A stretch of DNA of 64,000 nucleotides from an uncultured Candidatus Actinomarina sp. GTDB taxonomy: Bacteria; Actinomycetota; Acidimicrobiia; Actinomarinales; Actinomarinaceae. The first letter of the stretch is position 1; every line of letters begins with the position of its first letter. The DNA is taken from positions 151,493 to 215,492 of the forward strand of contig CACODT010000001.1 in NCBI GenBank assembly GCA_902626065.1, read 5' to 3'. Both the position numbers and the translations under genes were made by a program. This document shows positions 19,514 to 29,855 of the stretch, piece after piece. The notes beneath the pieces are model-generated. The model was not told where the DNA came from. It made no database searches and worked only from the letters and a program-made list of their open reading frames with translations.

Positions 19514-19572
19514 ATTCCTCCTATTCAAAAGTAATTATAGACTAGTTATTGATAGATAATTAGAAAATTTTG

Positions 19573-19645
19573 CTCCGAGGGTGGGACTTGAACCCACAAC
19601 CAACGGATTAACAGTCCGCTGCTCTGCCAATTGAGCTACCTCGGA
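19573..19645 (-). tRNA. tRNA-Asn(GTT)
   Basis: TCCGAGGTAGCTCAATTGG...GCGGA-CTGTTAA-TCCGT...GGTTCAAGTCC...CTCGGAG. Confidence 0.95.
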
Positions 19646-19668
19646 TAGCAAATTAATAATAGTATGTA

Positions 19669-21300
19669 TTAAAGAGTATTCTGATAAAATTCTATTTTCT
19701 TTTTTAAGTCTTCTAAATCTTCCAACAAGGACAAATCGTTAGTCTCATCCATTTCTTGAATTAGTTTATTGATTTTTAAGTCGGAGTAATAAATATAAAG
19801 CCTAGCTATAGACTCTTTAAGTTGATTGTCAGAATAAGATATATTTTCATATTTGTCGAATTCATCACTCTTTCTATTCGCTTTAAGGTCCTCAACTGAC
19901 TTCCTGAAATCAGAATTTAAATTAACAAGAAATTCAACATCCTCATCGACACTAAAGTCTTGCTTTATTATTTCAGCAACTAAGATATCTTTGAATGTTT
20001 CAATGTGTTTAATTTGGCTTGAAGAATTTTCAACTTGAGATAATGGTTCTTTATCTTTCTGATAATTTAATTCACTGATTAGAACCTCTTTGGTTATACC
20101 TATTTTTTTACTTAAATATCCAATAGATATATCTCTTTCCAATGGACTCAAAAAGTTTGAAATCTTTTTAAACTCTTGAAAAGTTTTTTTTGTGTCATCT
20201 TGATCAATTATTTTATTTATACAAAATTCAACAAGATCTTGCTTTTCACTTATAATTTGAGAGATATCATCTCCACCGCTTTCATAAAGTTCTGATATAT
20301 CCTTAAATTCTTCAGGAAGATTTAGTTTAAAAAAATTCATTTCTGAAGGCTGATTATTCTTGATTTCAAGAACCCTTTTTGAAGCACTATCTCCAGCCGC
20401 ATCATTATCAAAACATAAATAAACTTCTTTTGTATATCTAGAAAGTAAATTAATTTGTTGAACTGTCAAGGCTGTACCAGATGGTGATGCTACATTGTTA
20501 AATCCAAGTTTATTAAATGCTATGACATCAAAATATCCCTCAACTAAAATAACGAATTTTTTCTTTTTTACATCAGACAGGAACTCATTTGTAAAATAAA
20601 GGGTCCTATTTTTCCGATAAATAGAAGACTCAGCTGTATTTAAATATTTTGGACCAAAGTCATCTATTGCCCTTCCTCCGAAACCAACCGTTTCATTCCT
20701 TAAATTCGTTATTGGAAAAATAATTCTATTTTTAAATAAAAAGTTACCTCTTTCACTCAATAATCCAAGATTATTTAAATCAGTTTTTGATAGATTATTT
20801 TTTTTAAAAAACTCATTTGTATTTTTGTCATCTTTTTCTGCAAAACCTAGTTGAAATTCTTTTATATCGTTTCCATCTAAATCTCTTGACTTTAAATAAT
20901 CTATTGATTCTGAACTCTTACCTTCTTTCATATTATTAACAAAATAATTATGAATTTTACTCATGGTTCCAATAAGATTTTTTTGATCACTCTCGAACTT
21001 TGAATCAGTATATGTAAGATTGAATCCATACTTTTCAGCAGCAATTTCAACAGATTCTTGAAATTCAACATTGTTTATTAATTGAATATATTTATAGATA
21101 TCTCCACCTTCTTTACATCCAAAGCAGTGAAACAAATTATCTTCGTCTGTAAAACTCATACTTGCAGTTTTCTCTCCATGGAAAGGGCACAGGGCCATCC
21201 CTTTATTCCCTCTTAGCTTTCCAGTTGTAGAACTTAAAATAAAATCACTAATTTTTGATCTGTTTCTTAAATCGTCGATTGATTGTTTAGATATACCCAT
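19669..21300 (-). CDS. dnaG: DNA primase
   Basis: CPFH...CFGC zinc finger, PKYLNT, VEGYFD, CFDND TOPRIM motifs. Confidence 0.95.
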   Translation of the reverse strand: MGISKQSIDDLRNRSKISDFILSSTTGKLRGNKGMALCPFHGEKTASMSFTDEDNLFHCFGCKEGGDIYKYIQLINNVEFQESVEIAAEKYGFNLTYTDSKFESDQKNLIGTMSKIHNYFVNNMKEGKSSESIDYLKSRDLDGNDIKEFQLGFAEKDDKNTNEFFKKNNLSKTDLNNLGLLSERGNFLFKNRIIFPITNLRNETVGFGGRAIDDFGPKYLNTAESSIYRKNRTLYFTNEFLSDVKKKKFVILVEGYFDVIAFNKLGFNNVASPSGTALTVQQINLLSRYTKEVYLCFDNDAAGDSASKRVLEIKNNQPSEMNFFKLNLPEEFKDISELYESGGDDISQIISEKQDLVEFCINKIIDQDDTKKTFQEFKKISNFLSPLERDISIGYLSKKIGITKEVLISELNYQKDKEPLSQVENSSSQIKHIETFKDILVAEIIKQDFSVDEDVEFLVNLNSDFRKSVEDLKANRKSDEFDKYENISYSDNQLKESIARLYIYYSDLKINKLIQEMDETNDLSLLEDLEDLKKKIEFYQNTL

Positions 21301-22583
21301 TACATATTGTCAAAATAGCTTTTTACATCTTCGATTTTAATTCTTTCTTGTGACATAGTATCTCTATCTCGTATAGTTACAGCTTTATCATCCAATGTAT
21401 CAAAATCGACTGTGACACAATAAGGAGTACCGATTTCATCCTGTCTTCTGTAACGTTTTCCAATAGATTGAGTTATATCAACTTCAGTTCTGAAACTTGT
21501 ACCTAATTCAGATTTGATATCTTTGCATACCTTTATCAATTCATCCTTTTTACTCAATGGAAGAATCCCAATTTGAATTGGAGCAAGGTCAAAATTAAAT
21601 TTGAATAACGTTCTCATTTCTTTTTCCAATTCCTCTTCTTCATATAACGAAAGCAAAACTGCAAATAATGTACGAGTCAAACCACCAGCAGGCTCAATTA
21701 CAGATGGAGTAAATTTGTTATCACTATTTGGATCGAAATATCTCAAATCCTTTCCACTACTTTCTTGATGAGCATTTAAATCATAACTGCCTCTATTTGC
21801 AATACCTTCTAGCTCTCCCCATCCCCATGGATATTCAAATTCAATGTCCGATGTTTTTTTTGCGTAATGAGCAAGTTCAGATTTATCATGTTCTCTTATT
21901 CTTAATTTATTATCAGGAATACCGAGACTTTTGTACCAATTTAATCTATTTTCGATCCAATAATCAAACCACTCATCCTCTTCATTTTCAGCACAAAAAA
22001 ATTCAATCTCCATTTGTTCAAACTCTCTTGTTCTAAAAATAAATTGTCCAGGTGTTATTTCGTTTCTAAATGACTTTCCAATGTTTCCAATTCCAAAAGG
22101 TATTTTTGCTCTCATTGTTCTTAAAACGTTTTCAAAATTTACAAATATACCCTGAGCAGTTTCTGGTCTTAAATAAACAGTGGAGTTTTCGTTTTCAACC
22201 GGCCCAATGCTTGTTTCAAACATGAGATTAAATTGTCGTGGTTCTGTTAAGTCTTCTTTTTTAATATGATCTGGTACCTGATCTGCTCTATATCTTTCAC
22301 CAGTAGGTTTATGATCAACCATTGGATCTGTAAATTCACCTACATGGCCTGATGCCTTCCAGACATCACTTGATTGTATAATTGCAGTATCTACAGGATA
22401 AATTTCAACCTCTAGATTGTTGATACTTTTCCACCACATTTTTTCAATATTATTTTTAAGAAGTACACCTAATGGCCCATAATCATAAGAACTTCTTAAT
22501 CCTCCATATATTGACGAAGCATTAAATACAAATCCTCTTGATTGAGCAATTTTTACAACCTTTTCAAATATTTCTTCAGGCAT
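21300..22583 (-). CDS. glyQS: Glycine--tRNA ligase, alpha2 (homodimeric) type
   Basis: YDYGPLG, YLRPETAQGIF, FRNEITP, FRTREFEQME, IGKRYRRQDEIGTP motifs. Confidence 0.95.
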   Translation of the reverse strand: MPEEIFEKVVKIAQSRGFVFNASSIYGGLRSSYDYGPLGVLLKNNIEKMWWKSINNLEVEIYPVDTAIIQSSDVWKASGHVGEFTDPMVDHKPTGERYRADQVPDHIKKEDLTEPRQFNLMFETSIGPVENENSTVYLRPETAQGIFVNFENVLRTMRAKIPFGIGNIGKSFRNEITPGQFIFRTREFEQMEIEFFCAENEEDEWFDYWIENRLNWYKSLGIPDNKLRIREHDKSELAHYAKKTSDIEFEYPWGWGELEGIANRGSYDLNAHQESSGKDLRYFDPNSDNKFTPSVIEPAGGLTRTLFAVLLSLYEEEELEKEMRTLFKFNFDLAPIQIGILPLSKKDELIKVCKDIKSELGTSFRTEVDITQSIGKRYRRQDEIGTPYCVTVDFDTLDDKAVTIRDRDTMSQERIKIEDVKSYFDNM

Positions 22584-23274
22584 TTCCGTACTTTCTCACT
22601 CTATTTTGAAATTCTCTAACGGCTGAATCTAATTCTTTTTCATCAAAATCAGGCCAAAGGGTATCCACAAACATAAGCTCAGTGTAGCTTAATTGATAGA
22701 GAAGAAAATTACTTACTCTTTTCTCCCCTGCAGTACGTATTAATAAATCTGGGTCTGGCATTTCAGGTAATATTAGATTAGCCCTAAATGATTCCTCATC
22801 TAATTGATCAATCGATTCTTTATTTATTTTTGCGAAAGCATCATGAATTTCTTTTCTTGAACCATAATTAAATGCGAATACAAGATTTAGCTTTTTGTTA
22901 TTTTTCGTCATTTCTTCAGTTTCATTCATAAGAAACTTATTTTCATCAGGTATTCTTTCGTCTTCTAAGTCACCAATAAAATGAAACCTGACACCTTTAT
23001 CATTAAATTCATCTCTTCTTCGTATTAATATATCTCGATTGAAAAACATCAAAAAATCAACTTCATCTTCAGACCTTGACCAATTTTCAGTTGAAAAAGC
23101 GTACACCGTGAGCCACTGAAGATTATTTTGAAGTGACCAATCAATTGAGCGAGATAAAGAAAATTCACCAGCAGCATGTCCTGCAGTTCTATCCAGCCCC
23201 TGGTTTGTTGCCCACCTTCCATTGCCGTCCATAATTATGGCAATATGATTAAGATTTATATCTTTAAGATTCAT
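22576..23274 (-). CDS. uppS: Polyprenyl diphosphate synthase (isoprenyl transferase)
   Basis: HIAIIMDGNGRWA, FSTENW, NYGSR, RTAGEKRVSNFLLYQ motifs. Confidence 0.95.
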   Translation of the reverse strand: MNLKDINLNHIAIIMDGNGRWATNQGLDRTAGHAAGEFSLSRSIDWSLQNNLQWLTVYAFSTENWSRSEDEVDFLMFFNRDILIRRRDEFNDKGVRFHFIGDLEDERIPDENKFLMNETEEMTKNNKKLNLVFAFNYGSRKEIHDAFAKINKESIDQLDEESFRANLILPEMPDPDLLIRTAGEKRVSNFLLYQLSYTELMFVDTLWPDFDEKELDSAVREFQNRVRKYGNA

Positions 23275-23707
23275 TCCAAATTTTCTTCATAAGTTGTGTT
23301 TCGTACTTCTTTAATTTGTCATTTTTTTCATGTGAGTAACCAATTAAATGTAAAAGGCCATGAATTACAATATATTGTAGTTCTTCAACAAACTCTTTAT
23401 TGTAGATTTTTGCATTCTTTTTAATGACCTCTCGACAAATGAACATATCACCCATGTCTTCAGACATATTTTTATCTAGTCTATTAATAGAATCAATATT
23501 GTTATATAAAGGAAAAGACAAAACATCTGTTGGTATGTTTTTACTAAAAGTTTTTTTATTTAGTTTTTTTGATTCATTTTCATTCAAAGAATGTAAAGTA
23601 AAATGAAATTTTTTGGAAATTTTAAAAGTTTCAGAGAAAGTTTCAACAGCCTTATCTACCTTTAATTTTTCATTTTTATAGAAATAGCCGTTGAAAATAA
23701 TTTTCAA
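23264..23707 (-). CDS. ybeY: rRNA maturation RNase YbeY
   Basis: PTDVLSFP, GDMFIC, HGLLHLIGYSH motifs. Confidence 0.95.
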   Translation of the reverse strand: MKIIFNGYFYKNEKLKVDKAVETFSETFKISKKFHFTLHSLNENESKKLNKKTFSKNIPTDVLSFPLYNNIDSINRLDKNMSEDMGDMFICREVIKKNAKIYNKEFVEELQYIVIHGLLHLIGYSHEKNDKLKKYETQLMKKIWNES

Positions 23708-23710
23708 TAT

Positions 23711-25885
23711 CTATTCTTCTTCATCATCTGTAAATTCTGGATATAAAACTCTTTGATGATAGAGACCTTCTAAGCTTGCTTGAAGTGACTGTTTAATTTG
23801 CTCAAGATCTTGGAAAGTTATAGGAGCATTTAGTAATTGACCATCATTTATCTTTTCTTCAAAAATTTCATTTACTAAATTAGAAATTTTTTCTTCATCA
23901 GCATCTTCATACTGAAATCTTGCTCTGCATGCTGCTTCAAGAGCGTCTGCAAACATTAAAATAACCGTTTCTTTTGTGCTTGGCTTTTCTCCCAAATGTC
24001 TAAAATCGTCTTTTGTGACTTCTGGGTTTGTGAGTTTTTCTTTCTCATAAAAATATCTCATAACTGAATCGCCATGATGTTCGATTATCCCTCTATAAAC
24101 TGCTTCTGGGATCTTAAATTTTCTAGCTAATTTCACACCATCTGTTACGTGTGATCTAATAATTTTAACTGATTCATCTGATGATAAATTATCATGTGGA
24201 TTACTTGATCCAAATTGATTTTCGACAAACATTGAAGGATTTTCAGTTTTTCCTAAATCATGAAAATATGCCATAGCTCTGACTAATTGTGAATTAGCAC
24301 CTATTAGATTTGCCGCTCTATCTCCAAGTGTTCCTACTACTAGCGAATGATTGAATGTCCCTAAAGCTTTTTCTTCTAAATATCTAAGTCCTGGATGGTT
24401 TCTATCTGCAATTTCTGACAATCTAAAATTTGTAGTTAATCTAAATGCCAATTCAATATAGTTAATTAGTGAAAAGGCGGCTAAATTACCAACCAAACCT
24501 CCAATTAAAGAAGAGACTAAGATTTCTACAAAACTGAAATTTTCTCTCAAGAAAAAGAATATCCCAAAAGCAACAACTGGTTGAGACAAGGTTATGTAAA
24601 TTATTCTCTCTCTCAAGGTAATTCTGTCTATGTCCTCTGACAAAAATATTGATGGTACAACTGTTAATACAGCACCCATTGCAACTAAACCTATGTTTCC
24701 ACCGCCAGCAAGAGCTAACAATGAGCTTGAAAGTGACAAAATTAGCGTAGCCCTTAAGTTTAATAAAACTGCCGAAACTACCCCAACAAAAGAAATTGGA
24801 ACAGCATATTTCAAATAATTTAAATCCAAGCTTTGAGAAAAATACGAAATACCTCTTAAAAATATTGATGAAACAAGAATTAAAGTTAACAATAATAAAA
24901 ATTCATTATCATTGTTCCACATAGAATCTTTAAATCTCCATAGTAAAAAATATATTAAAACAAAAACAGAGAAAATTATAGGTATTGCCGCTGTTTGTAT
25001 ACTCCTAGATTCACCTGATAAATATCCAAAATTATCTAGTGCATTATATTGAACAGGATTAATTTTTTCACCCTGACTTACAACTATATCCTCTTCAAAA
25101 TATTTGATAACTACAGGTTCAATTGAATCAGCAACTTTCTCTTTTTGTTCGTCCCATAGATCTTGTTCAAGTTTTTGATTGACTGTTAAATTTTCCGCTA
25201 TTAATTCTGCAACGGAAGATCTCAATCTACTTTCTGGTATAAGTGCGAACAACTCACTTGATAAATCTAAATATGGAGGATTTGATACAAGATTCTGTCT
25301 TGTTTGATTTAAATTATCATTGTTGATGCCAACTTGTAGAATATCACTTGCTAAGCTTTTTGCCTCAAGCTCTAACTGAGAAAGATATCCTGTTTTATTA
25401 ATTAAATCATAATTTGATATTTCAACGAGAACTTCAATATTTGCTGTAGAAATTGTTGAAAACAAAAGTGAACTTGCAATTCTTTCAATCTGTTGGATTT
25501 TGTTCAGCTCAACAATCTCAACTACGGGTTCCGTACTTTCACCAACTGTATCCTGATCGCTTGATACTAATACTTCATCTGTTCTTGCCTCAATGACTGT
25601 TAGAAACATACTTGTTATACCATTTAAAACAGTTTGATTAAGGTCTGAATTTATTGAATATATTGGATTGACTGAATCGACAGCTTGAGCAATATTTTCA
25701 TTGGTTTGTTCTTCATCGACAATCTCTATATATTTTGGAGCTACAAACGTTAGTGGCGATTCCTCTCCAATGCTTATTTTTATTACTTGATTTTCAGGAA
25801 ATATTGAGAATGAAATAAACCACACTAAACCACCAAAAATTGCAATGTATAAAAGTTTTACACCAAAAGAAAAGTAATTTCTCAT
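23711..25885 (-). CDS. 7TM-HD phosphohydrolase (PgpH-like cyclic-di-AMP phosphodiesterase)
   Basis: Extracellular domain, about 7 TMs, then GTFNHS, FHDLGK, HVTDG, EHHG, ADALEAA; located between phoH and ybeY. Confidence 0.85.
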   Translation of the reverse strand: MRNYFSFGVKLLYIAIFGGLVWFISFSIFPENQVIKISIGEESPLTFVAPKYIEIVDEEQTNENIAQAVDSVNPIYSINSDLNQTVLNGITSMFLTVIEARTDEVLVSSDQDTVGESTEPVVEIVELNKIQQIERIASSLLFSTISTANIEVLVEISNYDLINKTGYLSQLELEAKSLASDILQVGINNDNLNQTRQNLVSNPPYLDLSSELFALIPESRLRSSVAELIAENLTVNQKLEQDLWDEQKEKVADSIEPVVIKYFEEDIVVSQGEKINPVQYNALDNFGYLSGESRSIQTAAIPIIFSVFVLIYFLLWRFKDSMWNNDNEFLLLLTLILVSSIFLRGISYFSQSLDLNYLKYAVPISFVGVVSAVLLNLRATLILSLSSSLLALAGGGNIGLVAMGAVLTVVPSIFLSEDIDRITLRERIIYITLSQPVVAFGIFFFLRENFSFVEILVSSLIGGLVGNLAAFSLINYIELAFRLTTNFRLSEIADRNHPGLRYLEEKALGTFNHSLVVGTLGDRAANLIGANSQLVRAMAYFHDLGKTENPSMFVENQFGSSNPHDNLSSDESVKIIRSHVTDGVKLARKFKIPEAVYRGIIEHHGDSVMRYFYEKEKLTNPEVTKDDFRHLGEKPSTKETVILMFADALEAACRARFQYEDADEEKISNLVNEIFEEKINDGQLLNAPITFQDLEQIKQSLQASLEGLYHQRVLYPEFTDDEEE

Positions 25886-26817
25886 TATTTCTTTGGAAAT
25901 ACCTCTAATATTTTTGAGACAATAGGATTTCTTACAATATCAGCGTTATCAAATTCCATAACGGATATTTCCTCAATATTAGAAAGTGCTTTCCTTGTTC
26001 TTTTCAGACCTGAGTTGTCAGTGTTATAAAGATCTATTTGAGATTCATCACCCGTAATAATTACTTTAGAATTTTCCCCGAGTCTTGTTAAAAACATTTT
26101 TATTTGACCTGAGGTAGCATTTTGAGCTTCATCAAGGATAATACATGCATTGTTCAAAGTTCTACCTCTCATGTAAGCAAGTGGAACGATTTCTATATTT
26201 CTTTTTTCGATCAAGTACTCTAAGTTCTCGTTACCAAAAAAGTATTCTAAGGAATCAAATAATGGCACTAAATATGGATCGATTTTTTGAGATAAATCGC
26301 CAGGTAGAAAACCCAATTTTTCACCTGCTTCAACTGCGGGTCTTGTAAGAACAATTTTCTTTATCTGGTCTTCTGAGTACATTTTTACAGCACTTGCTAC
26401 TGCTAAAAATGTTTTTCCTGTTCCAGCAGGTCCTACTCCAAATGTGACGGTTGAATTCATGATTGTTTCTATATATCTGTATTGGCTTATATTTTTGACT
26501 TTTATGGACTTATTGTTTGTGATGCTTATTGTGCTTAATTTTTTACCATTACCATTGAGTGTCCCATTCATATTCATCAGAAGTTCAATATCTGGTATGT
26601 CAATAGTTTGATTATTTTGATTTAGCGCGACCATTTCATCGATTAGGCTAACTAGTTTTTCTATCCTATCCTTGTTTCCGTCTATGTAGAGAATATTTCC
26701 TCTTGCGTTGATTTTTAATGCTGGAAATATTTTTTTAATGTATTTTAAATTATTGTCATTAATTCCAAATAGATTAATTAATTCGATATTATTTGGTATG
26801 ACTTTTTCAACAACCAT
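25885..26817 (-). CDS. phoH: PhoH-family ATPase
   Basis: GPAGTGKT, LTRPAVEAGE, LAYMRGRTL, DEAQN motifs. Confidence 0.95.
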   Translation of the reverse strand: MVVEKVIPNNIELINLFGINDNNLKYIKKIFPALKINARGNILYIDGNKDRIEKLVSLIDEMVALNQNNQTIDIPDIELLMNMNGTLNGNGKKLSTISITNNKSIKVKNISQYRYIETIMNSTVTFGVGPAGTGKTFLAVASAVKMYSEDQIKKIVLTRPAVEAGEKLGFLPGDLSQKIDPYLVPLFDSLEYFFGNENLEYLIEKRNIEIVPLAYMRGRTLNNACIILDEAQNATSGQIKMFLTRLGENSKVIITGDESQIDLYNTDNSGLKRTRKALSNIEEISVMEFDNADIVRNPIVSKILEVFPKK

Positions 26818-27158
26818 CAGAATGCCTTCAATTTTTCTCCTCCAATTAAATGGAGGTGTATATGGTAAACAGTTTGGCCACCGTCATCATTAGTATTAAA
26901 AATCAATCTATAGCCACTTTCATCTATTTGATATTCTTTTGCTAAATCTTTGGCTACTTGTATCATTTTTCCAACCAACAATGTATCTTCATCAGATAGG
27001 TTATTTATTGTATTTATTCTTTTTTTAGGAATGATTAAAAGATGAACTCGAGCAACAGGATTTATGTCTTGAATTGAAAATATATCATCATCTTCGTAAA
27101 TTATCTCTGACTCTATTTCTTTATCTAGAATCATCTCAAATATTGATTTTTCTTCCAT
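26817..27158 (-). CDS. Histidine-triad (HIT) nucleotide-binding protein
   Basis: GQTVYHIHLHLIGG motif. Confidence 0.95.
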   Translation of the reverse strand: MEEKSIFEMILDKEIESEIIYEDDDIFSIQDINPVARVHLLIIPKKRINTINNLSDEDTLLVGKMIQVAKDLAKEYQIDESGYRLIFNTNDDGGQTVYHIHLHLIGGEKLKAF

Positions 27159-27166
27159 ATTATATT

Positions 27167-27799
27167 TTACATCAATAAGGATACACCAAGTATTGAGGCT
27201 GTCTCGGTTCTTAACGTAAAATCACCAATATTTGATAAGTATTTAAAACTATCTTTCTCATTATCAGACCACCCACCTTCAGGACCAATTGCAATGTTTT
27301 TTATACTAATGTTTTCTATGATGTTTTCACCAGTTATGTCCAATCCGTGATTAAATTTTTCAAAATCCAAATTATTAGTGATAAATATATCCGGTTTAAA
27401 TGCGTTTCCTGATTGCTCTACTGCTGAGATAGACCACTTGTTAAGCTTATCAAAATCAACTTTTATTTTTTGTGAATGATCTGTAGGGCCAAAACTAATT
27501 GAATTCACAGACAGCTCTGTGAGTTTCTCAATTATGAAACGAAGTCGATCCTTATCTTGAATAAAAGAAACAAAAATATCAATTTCATTTTTTCTTTCAA
27601 ATTCTTCACTAGATTTTAATGTAACAATATTGCCGTCTAGGTTTCCATAGTAAAGTTTTCCTTTCCCGTTTGATATTTTTATTTCATCCATATCTTTCAT
27701 CCTCAGAACATTTTTTAAATGATGTAATTTTTCATCAGAGAGTAGTAACTCATTGAATGTATCTAATTTATTGGAAACAAAAACTGTAGGAATGTGCAT
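27167..27799 (-). CDS. rsmE: 16S rRNA m3U1498 methyltransferase
   Basis: HHLKNVLR, EKLTEL, EQS, IGPEGG, LRTETA motifs. Confidence 0.9.
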   Translation of the reverse strand: MHIPTVFVSNKLDTFNELLLSDEKLHHLKNVLRMKDMDEIKISNGKGKLYYGNLDGNIVTLKSSEEFERKNEIDIFVSFIQDKDRLRFIIEKLTELSVNSISFGPTDHSQKIKVDFDKLNKWSISAVEQSGNAFKPDIFITNNLDFEKFNHGLDITGENIIENISIKNIAIGPEGGWSDNEKDSFKYLSNIGDFTLRTETASILGVSLLM

Positions 27800-27800
27800 G

Positions 27801-29579
27801 CTATTGTTTTAAAAATTCTTTAAAGGCTTCTTTGGGTACTTCTACCCTACCAATGCTTCTCATTTTTTTCTTACCTTCTTTTTGCTTTTCAAGAAGTTTT
27901 CTCTTTCTTGTAACATCACCTCCATAAAGTTTTGCCGTAACATCTTTACGAAGGGCTTTTACGGTTTCTCTAGATATAATTCTTGAACCTATCGCAGCTT
28001 GAATTGGTATATCAAATTGTTGACGTGGGATTAAATCAGCTAATTTTTTAACCCTATTTCTTCCAACATATTCTGAACTATCTTTTGAAAGAATTGAACT
28101 AAATGAATCCACAACCATACCATTAACCAAAATATCTAATTTAACCAAATTTCCATCTTCAAATCCTAAAATTTTATAGTCAATCGATGCAAAGCCTTGT
28201 GAGATAGATTTAAGAGAATCATAAAATCCTGAAACCAGTTCAAGTAAAGGTAACTTATATTTAAGTTTCACCATTGTTGTGCTTAAGTATGTTAGATCTT
28301 CCTGTATGCCTCTTTTATCATTTAAGAGTGTCAGAATAGCTCCAAGATATTCTTTTGGAAATAATAAATCTACCTCGCAAATTCGCTCTTGTAATTTCTT
28401 TATATCCGTATATTCATCAAGAATGGATGGGTTTCTTATTACCCTTTCTTCATCATTATTCCTTATAAGCTTAAACTCAACTGATGGTGGAGTCACAATC
28501 AATGATAGGTCGAACTCTCTTTCCAATCTTTCTATAACAATCTCTAAATGTAGTAGACCTAAAAATCCACATCTAAAACCAAATCCGAAAGCAGAAGATG
28601 TTTCTGGTTCAAAAACAAAGCTTGCATCGTTCAATACATATTTATCTAGGGATTCCCTAAGTTTTGTAAAATCATCAGAGTCTGAGGGAAATATACTAGA
28701 AAAAACTGTAGGTTGAGATTCTTCATATTCTGACAATATAATTGGATTTTCATCTTCTCCTGTGACCAAAGTATCCCCAACTCGTATTTGTGACAAATCT
28801 TTTGCCCCAGTTACAATGTACCCAACTTCACCAAAACTCAAGCTATCAGATTTTTGCAGGTTCAAATCAAAATATCCGATATCATTTGCATCGAATTTAA
28901 ATCCAGAATTAACAAGCTTTAGATTCATATCTTTTTTAATCTCGCCTCCAAATACCCTTACTGAAGCTACAACTCCTTTGTACGAATCAAAATATGAATC
29001 GAAAATTAAAGCATTAACTTTATTAGATTTTTCACTTGGAGCAGTTATTAAGTTTGGAATTTCCGAAATTAGTTCTTGAACTCCCTCTCCAGTTTTTGCA
29101 GAAATATTAAATATTTCCTCATCTTTTGAGCCAATTAAATTGTGTATTTGTTGAGAAACATTTGATATATCGGCATCAACAGAATCTATTTTGTTTATGA
29201 CAGGAATTATATCCAACCCTGCCTCAATGGCTGCATAGGAATGTGCAAAAGTCTGAGCTTGTACCCCTTTTGTTCCATCTACTAGTAATAATGCTCCGTC
29301 ACAGGCAATTAAAGCTCTGGAAACTTCGTATGAAAAATCTACATGTCCTGGTGTATCAATCAAATTTATTACTAAATCATCAAAAATTAATCTAATCGGT
29401 TGGGATTTAATGGTGATACCTCTTTCTCTTTCAAGATCCATATTGTCAAGAATTTGATCATTATGATCTCCTGGAGTAATTAATCCAGATAATTCGATAA
29501 GCCTGTCAGCTAAAGTAGATTTACCATGATCAACATGTGCAATAATTGAAATATTTCTTATATTTTTATTTGTTAACAT
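27801..29579 (-). CDS. lepA: Elongation factor 4
   Basis: AHVDHGKSTL, DTPGHVDF, GFRCGFLGLLH, GGDVTRKRKLLEKQK motifs. Confidence 0.97.
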   Translation of the reverse strand: MLTNKNIRNISIIAHVDHGKSTLADRLIELSGLITPGDHNDQILDNMDLERERGITIKSQPIRLIFDDLVINLIDTPGHVDFSYEVSRALIACDGALLLVDGTKGVQAQTFAHSYAAIEAGLDIIPVINKIDSVDADISNVSQQIHNLIGSKDEEIFNISAKTGEGVQELISEIPNLITAPSEKSNKVNALIFDSYFDSYKGVVASVRVFGGEIKKDMNLKLVNSGFKFDANDIGYFDLNLQKSDSLSFGEVGYIVTGAKDLSQIRVGDTLVTGEDENPIILSEYEESQPTVFSSIFPSDSDDFTKLRESLDKYVLNDASFVFEPETSSAFGFGFRCGFLGLLHLEIVIERLEREFDLSLIVTPPSVEFKLIRNNDEERVIRNPSILDEYTDIKKLQERICEVDLLFPKEYLGAILTLLNDKRGIQEDLTYLSTTMVKLKYKLPLLELVSGFYDSLKSISQGFASIDYKILGFEDGNLVKLDILVNGMVVDSFSSILSKDSSEYVGRNRVKKLADLIPRQQFDIPIQAAIGSRIISRETVKALRKDVTAKLYGGDVTRKRKLLEKQKEGKKKMRSIGRVEVPKEAFKEFLKQ

Positions 29580-29618
29580 CTTTAATAAGTTATTATCTTA
29601 TATACCAAGAGGTTTTAG

Positions 29619-29855
29619 ATGGCAAATATTAAATCCCAAAAAAAAAGAATAAGACAAGATGAGAAGAAAAATCTCAGAAATAAGGATAAAAAAACAGCAC
29701 TTCGCTCATCCATAAAAGCTATATTAAATTCGGAAAATGATGTTGAAAAAGATCAAAAAGATTTAGTTATAAAAAATTTAGACGTAGCTTATTCAAATGG
29801 AATAATAACAAAGAACTACAGGGACAGAAATAAGTCCCGCATTTCAAAACTGTAA
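29619..29855 (+). CDS. rpsT: 30S ribosomal protein S20
   Basis: MANIKSQKKR N-terminus; divergent from lepA. Confidence 0.95.
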   Translation: MANIKSQKKRIRQDEKKNLRNKDKKTALRSSIKAILNSENDVEKDQKDLVIKNLDVAYSNGIITKNYRDRNKSRISKL

